A stretch of 62,037 nucleotides of DNA from an uncultured Chroococcidiopsis sp. GTDB lineage: Bacteria > Cyanobacteriota > Cyanobacteriia > Cyanobacteriales > Chroococcidiopsidaceae. Below the pieces are notes generated by a model that ran no database searches, had not been told where the DNA came from, and saw nothing but the letters and a program-made list of their open reading frames with translations. Every line of letters starts with the position of its first letter. Within the stretch, counting starts at the first letter, position 1. The stretch is from the NCBI GenBank assembly GCA_964248365.1, contig CAXTYC010000030.1, positions 1 to 62,037 on the forward strand, read 5' to 3'. A program made the position numbers and the translations under genes. This document shows positions 40,066-49,575 of the stretch, piece after piece.

Positions 40066-41832
40066 ATGTCAAGCGATAAGTCAAAGGACTCCAATTTAAG
40101 AATCAAAACTCATAAGCTTAACATAGAAAAATTCCCAAGTCCCAAGTCTCTAGCCTCTAGTCCCTTTATTGCCTTAGCCAGCGGCATATTAATGGGGCTT
40201 ACCGTCGCCCCAGTGGGAGCATGGTTTCTCGCTTGGATTGCCCTAGCTCCCCTTTGGGTGTTAGAAGTCAAATCCCCAAAACACCCGAACAAGTCTTTTC
40301 CCTACTCCCTACTCCCTACTTTCTACTCCCTTCTATGGGGTATTGGTTATCACGGAGTTGCCCTATTTTGGATCACAGGGATTCACCCGATGACGTGGAT
40401 GGGTGTACCTTGGATTAATAGCCTTGCGATCGCCCTTTTTTGTTGGATCTTCATCACTCTTTGGGGAGCCGCCCTAGTTGTAACTTGGGCAATTGGCATG
40501 AGAGTGATTTTAAATTGGGGTGGGCTAAATCTCAAGCAAGAGACTTTAAAACCAACAAGTAACCTAACAATCCAAAATCCGATCCCCCCAACCCCCCTAA
40601 AAAAGGGGGGAGCTAAAATCCAAAATCCGCTTACCCGCATCCTGATTGGCACAGCCCTATGGTGTGGCTTAGAAAGCTTGTGGAGTGCGGGATCGCTGTA
40701 CTGGTCATCCCTTGCTTATACCCAAAGTCCCCACAACCTAGCGATATTGCATCTAGGTCAGATCTCTGGTGATAGCACAATAACAGCAGCGATCGTACTA
40801 GTCAACGCCTTGCTTGCAGAAGCCTGGATTAACCGCCAACCACCAAAACCCTCTCCCCTCTCTTTCTCTGCGTCCTCTGCGCCTCTGCGGTTCGTTCCCC
40901 ATAAAAGCTATTTAACCCTAGCAGCTGGACTATTAATTGGCTTACATCTGCTTGGATATGCTCTATACACCCGCCCCCTAACTCAACCACCAGAGACAGC
41001 CTTAAAAGTTGGAATTATTCAAGGCAACGTACCCAACCAAATCAAACTTTACCCCGAAGGTATCCGCCGCGCTATTGAAGGTTACACCCAGGGCTATAAA
41101 ACTTTAGCAGATCACCCAGTTGATGCAGTTTTAACTCCCGAAGGCGCTTTGCCTTTCATGTGGAATCAGGTGATGCGTAGCTCTTTCTACTCGGCTGTGA
41201 AAGAAAAGGGCGTTGTTGCTTGGGTGGGAGCTTTTGGACAACAAGGGCGCAGCTATACAAATAGCCTATTTACGCTCACAGGTACGGGTGAAGTTTACAG
41301 CCGCTATAACAAAGTGAAGCTAGTACCGATTGGCGAATACATTCCCTTTGAGCAATATTTAGGTGGCTTGATTGAACGGCTATCACCCTTAGACGAACAT
41401 CAAGTTGCAGGCAATGCAAATCAGGTATTTGAAACGCCTTTTGGTCGTGCCATTGTTGTAATCTGCTACGGTTCTGCTTTTCCTGAACAGTTTCGATATC
41501 AGGCAGAAAAAGGAGGGCAATTTATCCTTAGCCCTTCTAATGATGCCCATTACAGTGCCGCCATGCCAGCGCAACACCATGCCTTAGATGTGATGCGGGC
41601 AATTGAAACAGATAGGTGGGGAGTTCGTGCTACTAATACCGGATATTCAGCCGTTGTTGACCCTCACGGCAGAACTGTATGGATATCTGGACATAATACT
41701 TATGAATTACACGCTCATACAATTTATCGACGACAAACACAAACTTTATACGTACGGTGGGGAGATTGGTTAACTGGGCTGTTGTTGGTATTGGGAATAT
41801 TAGGATTATTAGCAAGCAAAGTAAAGTTTTAG
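40066..41832 (+). CDS. lnt: Apolipoprotein N-acyltransferase carrying in-frame repeat insertions
   Basis: IQGN, PEGA (Glu), KVKLVPIGEY (Lys), ICY (Cys), SNDA, RAIE, TNTGYS, TLYVRWGD. Confidence 0.93.
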   Translation: MSSDKSKDSNLRIKTHKLNIEKFPSPKSLASSPFIALASGILMGLTVAPVGAWFLAWIALAPLWVLEVKSPKHPNKSFPYSLLPTFYSLLWGIGYHGVALFWITGIHPMTWMGVPWINSLAIALFCWIFITLWGAALVVTWAIGMRVILNWGGLNLKQETLKPTSNLTIQNPIPPTPLKKGGAKIQNPLTRILIGTALWCGLESLWSAGSLYWSSLAYTQSPHNLAILHLGQISGDSTITAAIVLVNALLAEAWINRQPPKPSPLSFSASSAPLRFVPHKSYLTLAAGLLIGLHLLGYALYTRPLTQPPETALKVGIIQGNVPNQIKLYPEGIRRAIEGYTQGYKTLADHPVDAVLTPEGALPFMWNQVMRSSFYSAVKEKGVVAWVGAFGQQGRSYTNSLFTLTGTGEVYSRYNKVKLVPIGEYIPFEQYLGGLIERLSPLDEHQVAGNANQVFETPFGRAIVVICYGSAFPEQFRYQAEKGGQFILSPSNDAHYSAAMPAQHHALDVMRAIETDRWGVRATNTGYSAVVDPHGRTVWISGHNTYELHAHTIYRRQTQTLYVRWGDWLTGLLLVLGILGLLASKVKF

Positions 41833-41857
41833 GCAGACAGGCTTTGCCTGTCTGCCT
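41831..41857. terminator. Perfect 12-bp hairpin at the lnt stop (terminator or REP-like)
   Basis: AGGCAGACAGGC-TTT-GCCTGTCTGCCT; no U-tract follows. Confidence 0.5.
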
Positions 41858-41869
41858 CAGCTATGCATA

Positions 41870-42796
41870 ATGGGTTTATACAAAGAATATTTCCAGCCAG
41901 TATTGATGAATTCACCGCCGGAGACGAACCCCTGTTTTGAGGAACTGCTGCAATATCTTAAGCGAACTCACAATTTTGATTACACTGGCTACAAGCGTCC
42001 TAGCTTGATGCGTGGGGTGCACTACAGAATGAACATGATCCCAATTGAAAGCTACAGCAATTATACAAATTATCTAGAGGAACATCCAGAAGAATTTCTT
42101 CACCTATTCAACACAATCGAGATCAACCTCACCACGTTCTTCAGGAATGCATCAGCTTGGGATTATATCGCTGCAAATGTCATTCCCCGCATCATTGCAA
42201 GTAAATCATCAGACGAACCGATTCGTGCTTGGAGTGCTGGCTGTGCAACCGGAGAGGAAGTTTACTCTATGGCTATTTTACTAGCCGAAGCCCTTGGAGT
42301 GGAACAATTTTGTTCGCGGGTTCACATCTTCGCTACAGATATAGACTATGACGCAATTAATCAAGCCCGTCAAGGCAGTTACCGCACTAATCAAGTTACG
42401 GGCATACCAGATCATCTTCTAAAAAAGTACTTTGTGCAAACTGACGATTACTACGTCTTTCGCAAAGACTTACGCCGCTGCATCTCATTTAGCCGCCACA
42501 ATCTGATTGAGGATGCACCTATGTCTAAAATTGATCTGCTGGCGTGTCGTAACACCTTGATATATTTCAACACCGAAGCCCAAACTAGAGTTTTGGTACG
42601 CTTTCACTTCGGTCTTAGGGATAATGGCTTTCTCTTCCTGGGCAATACAGAAATAATACCCTCTGAGATTACCTCTTTGTTCAGTGGTGTAAACTTTGCA
42701 AATCGCATCTTTACTAAAATAGCAAACGTAAATTTGCATCCTAGCCTATTAGTCAAAGTGCTAAAGCGAGGTAGCCATAGGACTAGTAATTATTAG
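41870..42796 (+). CDS. CheR-type protein-glutamate O-methyltransferase
   Basis: INLTTFFR, WSAGCATGEEVYS, ATDID, CRNTLIYF. Confidence 0.92.
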   Translation: MGLYKEYFQPVLMNSPPETNPCFEELLQYLKRTHNFDYTGYKRPSLMRGVHYRMNMIPIESYSNYTNYLEEHPEEFLHLFNTIEINLTTFFRNASAWDYIAANVIPRIIASKSSDEPIRAWSAGCATGEEVYSMAILLAEALGVEQFCSRVHIFATDIDYDAINQARQGSYRTNQVTGIPDHLLKKYFVQTDDYYVFRKDLRRCISFSRHNLIEDAPMSKIDLLACRNTLIYFNTEAQTRVLVRFHFGLRDNGFLFLGNTEIIPSEITSLFSGVNFANRIFTKIANVNLHPSLLVKVLKRGSHRTSNY

Positions 42797-42909
42797 CTAG
42801 CTTGAGCATCAATAATTTTTTTGACTTCGCCACCTTTAATCCACCAATGTGGACACGTTATTTACTTACATTTTGCACGAGGATCAATCTGAGGCTGAGC
42901 CTCAATATT

Positions 42910-43806
42910 CTAGTAGGGTGGGCAATTTTTTTGAAAGTCAAGCAAGTGATCAGCCACAATTTCGGGTTTTTCTAATTGTGGGACATGACCACAATTATTT
43001 AGCCAAATTAGTCGAGAATGAGCGATCGCTCTTTGAAATTTCACTGCATCACCTTTGTCAAAAGTATCGTCAGCTTCTCCCCATAATATCAGCGTAGGTT
43101 TATTAATCTGACCCATTTTATTTGCTAAATCGCTATAACCACCACTTTTAGTAAAGCTAATCATTGCTTCATTCCAACCAGACATTTCTAAATGCAATGT
43201 TGCACATCTTATCGCTTCAATTGTACCTGACTCTAAATACCCAATACTACCAAAAAATAAAGCCTGAAGTTTGCGCGATCGCCAATATTCTACTGCTAAA
43301 TAGTCAAGCGGAGGAAACAAGAACTTCCCCAGAGGAAAATCACCACTAAAACCCACACTATTAATCAGTACCAGTTGTTTAACAGCTTCAGGGTAAGTCA
43401 AAGTAAAATCAATCGCTGTTGCGCCTCCCATCGAAGCACCAACTAGCACGACTGGCTGATTAATTAGAGTTTTCCAAAAGTAATAAAGATGAGTTTTAAT
43501 TGTATGTGGATTATATGAGATTTCAGATATTCTTTCTGTAAAGCCGAATCCTAACAAATCAACTGCCCATGTTTGATAATGTTCAGCTAGCAGCGGTAAA
43601 AGACTGCGAAATTCTAGTACAGAACTATCAAAGCCATGTAGTAGTAAAATAGGCGGATCACCCTTGCCTTGATGAACGTAACTTGTGCTAATTGGTTGCT
43701 GGCTTAACTGGGTAGTAATAGGGTAACGCTCAATACTTTGGGCAAGAGCAATAGATGCAGGCTCCTTGAGTAGCTTAGCTGAAAATGGTAAAAAAGGAGG
43801 AAACAT
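42910..43806 (-). CDS. Alpha/beta-fold hydrolase
   Basis: LLHGFDSS, DLLGFG, GASMGG nucleophile elbow, GHVPQLE. Confidence 0.92.
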   Translation of the reverse strand: MFPPFLPFSAKLLKEPASIALAQSIERYPITTQLSQQPISTSYVHQGKGDPPILLLHGFDSSVLEFRSLLPLLAEHYQTWAVDLLGFGFTERISEISYNPHTIKTHLYYFWKTLINQPVVLVGASMGGATAIDFTLTYPEAVKQLVLINSVGFSGDFPLGKFLFPPLDYLAVEYWRSRKLQALFFGSIGYLESGTIEAIRCATLHLEMSGWNEAMISFTKSGGYSDLANKMGQINKPTLILWGEADDTFDKGDAVKFQRAIAHSRLIWLNNCGHVPQLEKPEIVADHLLDFQKNCPPY

Positions 43807-43839
43807 TTTTAAGGGGCTAGGAAAGAATAATATTTATCT

Positions 43840-45015
43840 TTATGAATTGACAATTTTAATTTTACTTGCTGCTTTAGTAGCTTTTTCTCTTGCTTCTTGA
43901 ATATTAATACCTTTAGCCAAAGCTACTCCCATTCTTCGGAAAGGACGAGAATCAGGTTTACCAAATAACCTTACTTCTACATCTGGTTCTGATAAAGCCT
44001 CATCTACTCCTTCAAAGTATATAGTATCTGCGTATTCATTGGCTAAAATCACTGCGCTAGCTGACGCTTTTAGCTGTTCTATTTTGGGTATTGGTAAGCC
44101 TAAAATTGCCCTGAGATGTAATTCAAATTCATTCAAATTTTGCGAAATTAATGTTACCATTCCTGTATCATGAGGACGCGGTGAAAGCTCGGAAAAAATT
44201 ACTTCTTCTTTAGTTATAAAAAACTCAACCCCAAAGATTCCGGCTCCACCTAAAGCATCAGTAACTTTTTGCGCGATCGCTCTAGCTGCTAAAATTAATT
44301 CATCCCTAATTAAAGCTGGTTGCCAAGATTCTTGATAGTCGCCTCTTTCTTGACGATGCCCAATTGGTGGACAGAAAAGGGTTGGTGCATTCCATTGCTT
44401 AATTGTTAGTAAAGTAATTTCTGTTTCAAATTTAATAAACTCTTCAACAATAATCTTTTGAGTATCACCTCTAGATCCTTCAATTGCGTAATTCCATGCT
44501 TTTTTAACTTCCTCCCTGTGATGCACAACCGATTGACCTTTACCAGAGGATGACATGACTGGTTTCACCACATTTGGAAATCCAATTTCTTCCGAAATTG
44601 CTATCAACTCTTCTAAGTTTGTCCCATAAGCATATTTAGCAGTTCTAATTCCTAACTCTTGGTGTGCCAGTTCTCTAATTCTGTCCCGATTCATCGTATA
44701 ATCGGTAGCCTTTGCAGTAGGAATAACTGTAATTCCTCTCTGCTCAAATTCCATTAATTTTTCTGTTCTAATTGCTTCAATCTCTGGTATAATAATCTCT
44801 GGTTTATACTTTTGAACGATAGTTTCTAAATCATCACCACTAAGCATAGAAATCACTTCAAAGCAATCAGCAACTTGCATAGCTGGAGCATTGGCATAGC
44901 GGTCAACAGCAATTACATAATTACCAAGACGTTTAGCAGCAATTACAAATTCTTTGCCAAGCTCTCCTGAACCTAGCAACATCAATTTTTTGGGTAGCTT
45001 AATAGAATTTTCCAT
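43840..45015 (-). CDS. purT: Formate-dependent phosphoribosylglycinamide formyltransferase
   Basis: LLGSGELGKE, KPVMSSSGKGQS, ELSPRPHDTG, RRMGVAL; ATG at 45015. Confidence 0.97.
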   Translation of the reverse strand: MENSIKLPKKLMLLGSGELGKEFVIAAKRLGNYVIAVDRYANAPAMQVADCFEVISMLSGDDLETIVQKYKPEIIIPEIEAIRTEKLMEFEQRGITVIPTAKATDYTMNRDRIRELAHQELGIRTAKYAYGTNLEELIAISEEIGFPNVVKPVMSSSGKGQSVVHHREEVKKAWNYAIEGSRGDTQKIIVEEFIKFETEITLLTIKQWNAPTLFCPPIGHRQERGDYQESWQPALIRDELILAARAIAQKVTDALGGAGIFGVEFFITKEEVIFSELSPRPHDTGMVTLISQNLNEFELHLRAILGLPIPKIEQLKASASAVILANEYADTIYFEGVDEALSEPDVEVRLFGKPDSRPFRRMGVALAKGINIQEAREKATKAASKIKIVNS

Positions 45016-45156
45016 AGTCAATTAACTAAATCTTGAGCAAATTAATTGTAGAACGTTGTCCACCCATTGCCCACCTTACCCTCCTTACCAGCCTGAGCCT
45101 GGGAACCAGAAGAGATCCCCCCTTTAATTCCCCCCTTCATAAGGGGGGGAATTGAT

Positions 45157-46083
45157 TCAACCAAATATGCTCAAATTCAGATTTTGGGCAAGTTGCTGCA
45201 CCAAAAATAAACCAGCCTGGGAGTTTCCAGCCTCGTCTAAAGCTGGACTGTAACAAGCGATCACGCCCCCACTCGGCACTAGAGATAAAATTACCCCACT
45301 TACTCCTGATTTAGTCGGTAGTCCCACCTGAACAGCAAAGCGGCTTGATGCTTGATACAAGCCGCAGGTAGTCATCAAAGCATTGACACTGCGACGGTTT
45401 TGTGCTGAGATAATATTATTGTGCTGCACCAGAAGTATACCCAATAAAGCTAAATCAACCACAGTTCCAGACAGACAGCAGACATGGTTATAAGTATCTA
45501 AAGCAATTTCCTCTGCTGCTAAATAGTCATATTGAGCCATTAATCGGGCAATAGCTCGATTGCGTTCACCACCAGCCGAGCGAACAGAACTCAACATCTG
45601 ATCATCTAAAAATAGTTGAGATTGGGCGTGTTGATTTAGCCATAGACGCAGGTTTTCACAACGAGAAGGTGCATCTTGACCAGGTAGGAGAGAGCATAAA
45701 GCGATCGCACCACTATTAATCATCGGATTGCGGGGAAAACCGCGATCGGCTTGTAATTCGCTCAGAGAATTGAAAGGCTGATCCGATGGTGACATTCCAA
45801 CCTGGGAAAACACAACTTCCTTACCCAACTGCTGCAATAAAAACAGCAATACAAACGGCTTGATCGCACTCATTAGCGCAAATGTCCGATTCACGTCGCC
45901 AGCTGTATAAATTTGACCATCAACAGTTTGGATTTGTAAAGCAAACCAACTAGGATTAGCCTGGGCTAGCATTGGGATATAATTTGGTAGTTGTCCACCC
46001 TGGCTATGAGTTTGTGCTTGAACTACCCAGGCATTCAGTTGAGCTTGAGTCAAGGTATTTAGTCCAAAGAAAGATCTTGTCAA
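45157..46083 (-). CDS. glsA: Glutaminase
   Basis: YIPMLA, MSAIKP (SxxK), PRNPMINSGA, TCGLY, KSGVSG. Confidence 0.93.
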   Translation of the reverse strand: MTRSFFGLNTLTQAQLNAWVVQAQTHSQGGQLPNYIPMLAQANPSWFALQIQTVDGQIYTAGDVNRTFALMSAIKPFVLLFLLQQLGKEVVFSQVGMSPSDQPFNSLSELQADRGFPRNPMINSGAIALCSLLPGQDAPSRCENLRLWLNQHAQSQLFLDDQMLSSVRSAGGERNRAIARLMAQYDYLAAEEIALDTYNHVCCLSGTVVDLALLGILLVQHNNIISAQNRRSVNALMTTCGLYQASSRFAVQVGLPTKSGVSGVILSLVPSGGVIACYSPALDEAGNSQAGLFLVQQLAQNLNLSIFG

Positions 46084-46091
46084 AGTGGTGA

Positions 46092-46211
46092 GTAGGGGCG
46101 GGTTTAAGAATTTTTCTGTTTGGTAACAAGTATGCCTGATAAACCCTTAGTACTAAGGGTGTAAGAATTTTTCTGTTTGGTAACAAGTATGCCTGATAAA
46201 CCCGCCCTTAC
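46092..46211. repeat. REP-like element GTAGGGGCGGGTTT...AAACCCGCCCTTAC with internal 42-bp duplication
   Basis: Identical 42-mers at 46105-46146 and 46162-46203; perfect 18-bp palindrome ACCCTTAGTACTAAGGGT at 46143-46160. Confidence 0.85.
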
Positions 46212-46225
46212 GGGTGTTGAGAGAA

Positions 46226-46717
46226 TTACCAATTACCATCAAATCTAGCACCGCGCAGTTTTAAATCTCTACGCTGTGCTTGAGTTAAACCAATTCCCGA
46301 TCCGAAATAGCACTGCTCGACCAAAGTACCTAACCATATAGTCTCATTTAAAGTTGCACCGCTCAAACAAGCCCCAGTTAAATCTGCTTTGGTAAAATTA
46401 GCAAAGAGCAAATCTGCATCGATTAAACTGCTTCCTCCTAAATTTGACTGGGAAAGATCGCCACGAATCAAGTTAACTCTATCTAAAACCAAATTAGATA
46501 AATCTGCTCCTTTCAGGTTAGGAAACTTAACGCGACTGGGATGGCTGAAAAAACGCATTACACAGGCTATATTTGCCCCACTCAAGGGCATTTTAGTTAA
46601 AAAATCAGCATAACGCGCTAAACCCAGTTGCCGAAGTACCAGCAGCCGTTGTTCGGGACTTTGTTCTAGAAACTGCGTACAGGTGAGGTAAAGGTGGGAT
46701 GTAGGGGAGTTCAACAT
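46226..46717 (-). CDS. Pentapeptide repeat protein
   Basis: A(D/N)LxX repeats ([10 protein letters not shown]...[18 protein letters not shown]). Confidence 0.9.
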   Translation of the reverse strand: MLNSPTSHLYLTCTQFLEQSPEQRLLVLRQLGLARYADFLTKMPLSGANIACVMRFFSHPSRVKFPNLKGADLSNLVLDRVNLIRGDLSQSNLGGSSLIDADLLFANFTKADLTGACLSGATLNETIWLGTLVEQCYFGSGIGLTQAQRRDLKLRGARFDGNW

Positions 46718-46776
46718 TCAGCAGATATGAAGTGTACTATAAAGCTATCAGCGATCCACATATCAGTGAACTGCTT

Positions 46777-47340
46777 ATGGTTAGTTCAGGCACTAAACTC
46801 ACCTTACAAGAATTTTTGGCATTACCAGAACCAGAAGGAGATGTAACATACGAGTTTGTAGATGGTTATGCAGTACCTAAAGTGTCTCCAAAAGCTTTTC
46901 ATTCTGCTCTACAGGCAGCTTTAATAGTTCTCATACGTGCATGGTGTAAAGGAAAAGGTAGAATTTATCCAGAATGGGCAGTTATATTAGAGCGTCAGGG
47001 ACAAGCTTGGGTTCCTATACCTGATTTAACATATATTTCCTATGAACGCTTAGCTGCAAGTTGGAAGCTCAATGAAGCCTGTCCAGCTTTACCAGAATTA
47101 GTAATTGAAATTATCTCTCCAGACCAGAGTATGAAAGAATTGGAGAGTAAAGCTAGAGACTATTTAAATGCTCGTGTGTCCCGCGTTTGGGTTGTAGATC
47201 CTGATACTTATAGCATCAGAGTCTTTACCCTTGGTGAAGCAAGTCAACTTTATACAGGTACTACCCCAATTGTAGATCCACTGCTTCCTGGTTTAGAACT
47301 CACGCCAAGACAAGTATTTGCAGAAGCAGAATTAATTTAA
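46777..47340 (+). CDS. Uma2-family protein
   Basis: LTLQEFL, YEFVDG, PIPDL, PELVIEIISP, VWVVDP; ATG at 46777. Confidence 0.92.
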   Translation: MVSSGTKLTLQEFLALPEPEGDVTYEFVDGYAVPKVSPKAFHSALQAALIVLIRAWCKGKGRIYPEWAVILERQGQAWVPIPDLTYISYERLAASWKLNEACPALPELVIEIISPDQSMKELESKARDYLNARVSRVWVVDPDTYSIRVFTLGEASQLYTGTTPIVDPLLPGLELTPRQVFAEAELI

Positions 47341-47454
47341 CCCATACTTACAGTAGCTGTGCCAACGTCCAGCAATGGCTGAGAATTAGCTTTGGTACAC
47401 TCACGAATAAAATTATTAAGGTTATGTAATTATTAAGGCAGTTATACAAGTTAT

Positions 47455-48054
47455 ATGACATTTAAAGAAACAAATTCTACAGAAGCTCCTGTAGAAAAGA
47501 ATTCTACACAAAGTTCTGTGTGGTTGCGGGTATGGCGATCGCAACAGGAAAACATTCGACTAGTGGCGATCGCTTTGATTTTAGCACTGTTGATTCGGAT
47601 ATTTGTAGCAGAACCGCGTTACATCCCATCCAACTCGATGCTACCAACTTTACATATAGGCGATCGCTTGGTAGTTGAAAAACTTTCCTACCTTTTTCAC
47701 TCACCAGAAAAAGGAGACGTTGTTGTCTTTGAACCCCCTGAACAATTGCAAAGCTTGGGGTACAGAAAAGACCAAGTGTTCATTAAAAGAATTATTGGTA
47801 AACCAGGTCAAATCGTCAGTGTCAAAAATGGCAAAGTCTACATTAACGAGCAACCACTGTCTGAAGACTACATCGCCGAACCTCCAGCTTATCAATTAAT
47901 GTCAGTGCAAATTCCCCAGGATGAATTCTTTGTCATGGGAGACAACCGCAACGACAGCAATGATTCCCATATTTGGGGATTCTTGCCAAAACAGAATATT
48001 ATTGGTCGCGCCATATTTCGCTTTTTTCCCCTTGATCGCATTGGGTTGGTTTAA
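47455..48054 (+). CDS. lepB: Signal peptidase I
   Basis: IPSNSMLPTL (Ser), FIKRIIG (Lys), MGDNRNDSNDS. Confidence 0.96.
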   Translation: MTFKETNSTEAPVEKNSTQSSVWLRVWRSQQENIRLVAIALILALLIRIFVAEPRYIPSNSMLPTLHIGDRLVVEKLSYLFHSPEKGDVVVFEPPEQLQSLGYRKDQVFIKRIIGKPGQIVSVKNGKVYINEQPLSEDYIAEPPAYQLMSVQIPQDEFFVMGDNRNDSNDSHIWGFLPKQNIIGRAIFRFFPLDRIGLV

Positions 48055-48057
48055 GGG

Positions 48058-48181
48058 AGGGGCTGGAGGCTAGGGGCTAGAGGCTAGGGAAAGGGAAAAG
48101 GGGAATTTCCCCCCCAGCTCCCCCAGCTCCCCCAGATCCCCCAGCTTTTCCCTAGCCCCTAGCCCCCAGCCTCCAGCCCCT
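48058..48181. terminator. Long STRR-derived inverted repeat between convergent lepB and the comEA-like gene
   Basis: 48058-48092 and 48147-48181 are 33/35 complementary. Confidence 0.6.
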
Positions 48182-48184
48182 TGA

Positions 48185-48697
48185 CTAAAAACACAAATAA
48201 TGCATCAGTTGGGTAATCAGATCGCCAGGTAGAGATAACCGTCGCTGAAAATCAACCAAATTGCGGTATCGTCCAGACTTAGCACGATTTTCTACCACTG
48301 CTTGAGCTAAAGCTAACTCCATAAATGGAATTTGCGCCAAATTTTCAACCGTAGCGGTGTTGGCGTTAACTCTAGGACTAGGAGAGACACAATCATCGTA
48401 ATAGCAAAATTTGAGCATCGGTTCCAAAGGCTTGAGTCGCTGCAATGGTAAATTTAAAGCGGCGGCGATATCTTCCAGACAGTAGAACTGTACACCAGAA
48501 CGACAAAGTTCAACCAGCGATCGCGCTTGGTGAATTGACAAACCAGGTAGCCTCAACCAATCATCTACCGTAGCCTGATTCACATCAATTTGAATACCCA
48601 GTGCTACTGCAACTGCAATTTCTGCATTTGATTGCAGTCGGTAGTAGGGATCGTTAAGTAGTCGAAGTCGAATAGCCTGGAATTGAAGCGGATTCAT
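48185..48697 (-). CDS. ComEA-like helix-hairpin-helix DNA-binding protein
   Basis: IDVNQATVDDWLRLPGL and NANTATVENLAQIP HhH modules. Confidence 0.88.
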   Translation of the reverse strand: MNPLQFQAIRLRLLNDPYYRLQSNAEIAVAVALGIQIDVNQATVDDWLRLPGLSIHQARSLVELCRSGVQFYCLEDIAAALNLPLQRLKPLEPMLKFCYYDDCVSPSPRVNANTATVENLAQIPFMELALAQAVVENRAKSGRYRNLVDFQRRLSLPGDLITQLMHYLCF

Positions 48698-48778
48698 TAA
48701 CTAGGGGCGAGCGATAAGGGGCGAGGAGAGAGGGTAAAGGTTAAAGTATAAAGGTTGAAGGATAAAGGGTAAATTTTA

Positions 48779-48823
48779 CACTTCACACTTCACACTTCAC
48801 ACTTCACACTTCATACTTCATAC
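48779..48823 (+). repeat. STRR array (CACTTCA/TACTTCA)n
   Basis: Tandem heptamers; the reverse-complement family (TATGAAG)n lies at 56641-56688. Confidence 0.8.
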
Positions 48824-48841
48824 TTTTCTAGTCCCTAACCT

Positions 48842-49255
48842 TTATTTAATTCGGTCTAGTAGTTGGCGGCGCTTTTGCTCAAATTCATACTCGGAGATTA
48901 GCCCATCTTCGCGTAAGTCATCCAATTCACGCAAGCTATCTGCGATTGCACTCACCGAATTTGGCATCACAACTGATGAACGATTGGGCAGGGGCGCGAA
49001 ATTATCAATTCCTGATTCTATATAAGAATTATTAAAATTACGGTCAAATTCATCACTATCTTGGGATAGATACCAAAATCCTTCAATTGCACTAGCAACA
49101 CGGGGAATTGGTGTCCAAGATAGCAGCATATAAAGTACTCCCCACCAAGGCTGTCCCAGGTAAAATTTGTGTAATCCAGCCACAGGAGTTGGCAATACAG
49201 TTCCTGCCAAAGCCAGAGTAGCGGCGACTTTTCGACTTTTGAGCTGATTCAACAT
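48842..49255 (-). CDS. TM2 (NINE) domain protein with C-terminal SHOCT domain
   Basis: KSRKVAA..GLHKFYLGQ..GVLY (TM2); LRELDDLREDGLISEYEFEQKRRQLL (SHOCT); ATG at 49255. Confidence 0.88.
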   Translation of the reverse strand: MLNQLKSRKVAATLALAGTVLPTPVAGLHKFYLGQPWWGVLYMLLSWTPIPRVASAIEGFWYLSQDSDEFDRNFNNSYIESGIDNFAPLPNRSSVVMPNSVSAIADSLRELDDLREDGLISEYEFEQKRRQLLDRIK

Positions 49256-49575
49256 AGAAATGGCGACTCCACAGTAGCAAGACGAGAGCGAGGTGCAATC
49301 ATAAGGCTTTTCGCTCTCTTTATTTACTAGCACCAAAACTAGACTTAGTTGACTGGGGGCGACAGGTAGGCTGCTATGTTGCCACCACAATCTTTTCTTT
49401 TATAATATTGAATTCCCTAATCTAAAGTGAGTGTCAACTTATCGGTGAGCTTGTTGTTTTAGATAAAAAGTTGTTTAAGACTAGAAACTTCATATAAACA
49501 GGGTGTCTAAATTAGAATGATATTAGATGTAACCATAAATCCTCTGAGTATTGCCACTCAGTTAAATAAACTACT

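Noticed and set aside
46105..46203. Two identical 42-bp repeats considered as a mini-CRISPR
   Set aside because: Only two copies, a 15-bp spacer, no cas genes, and they are enclosed by REP arms.
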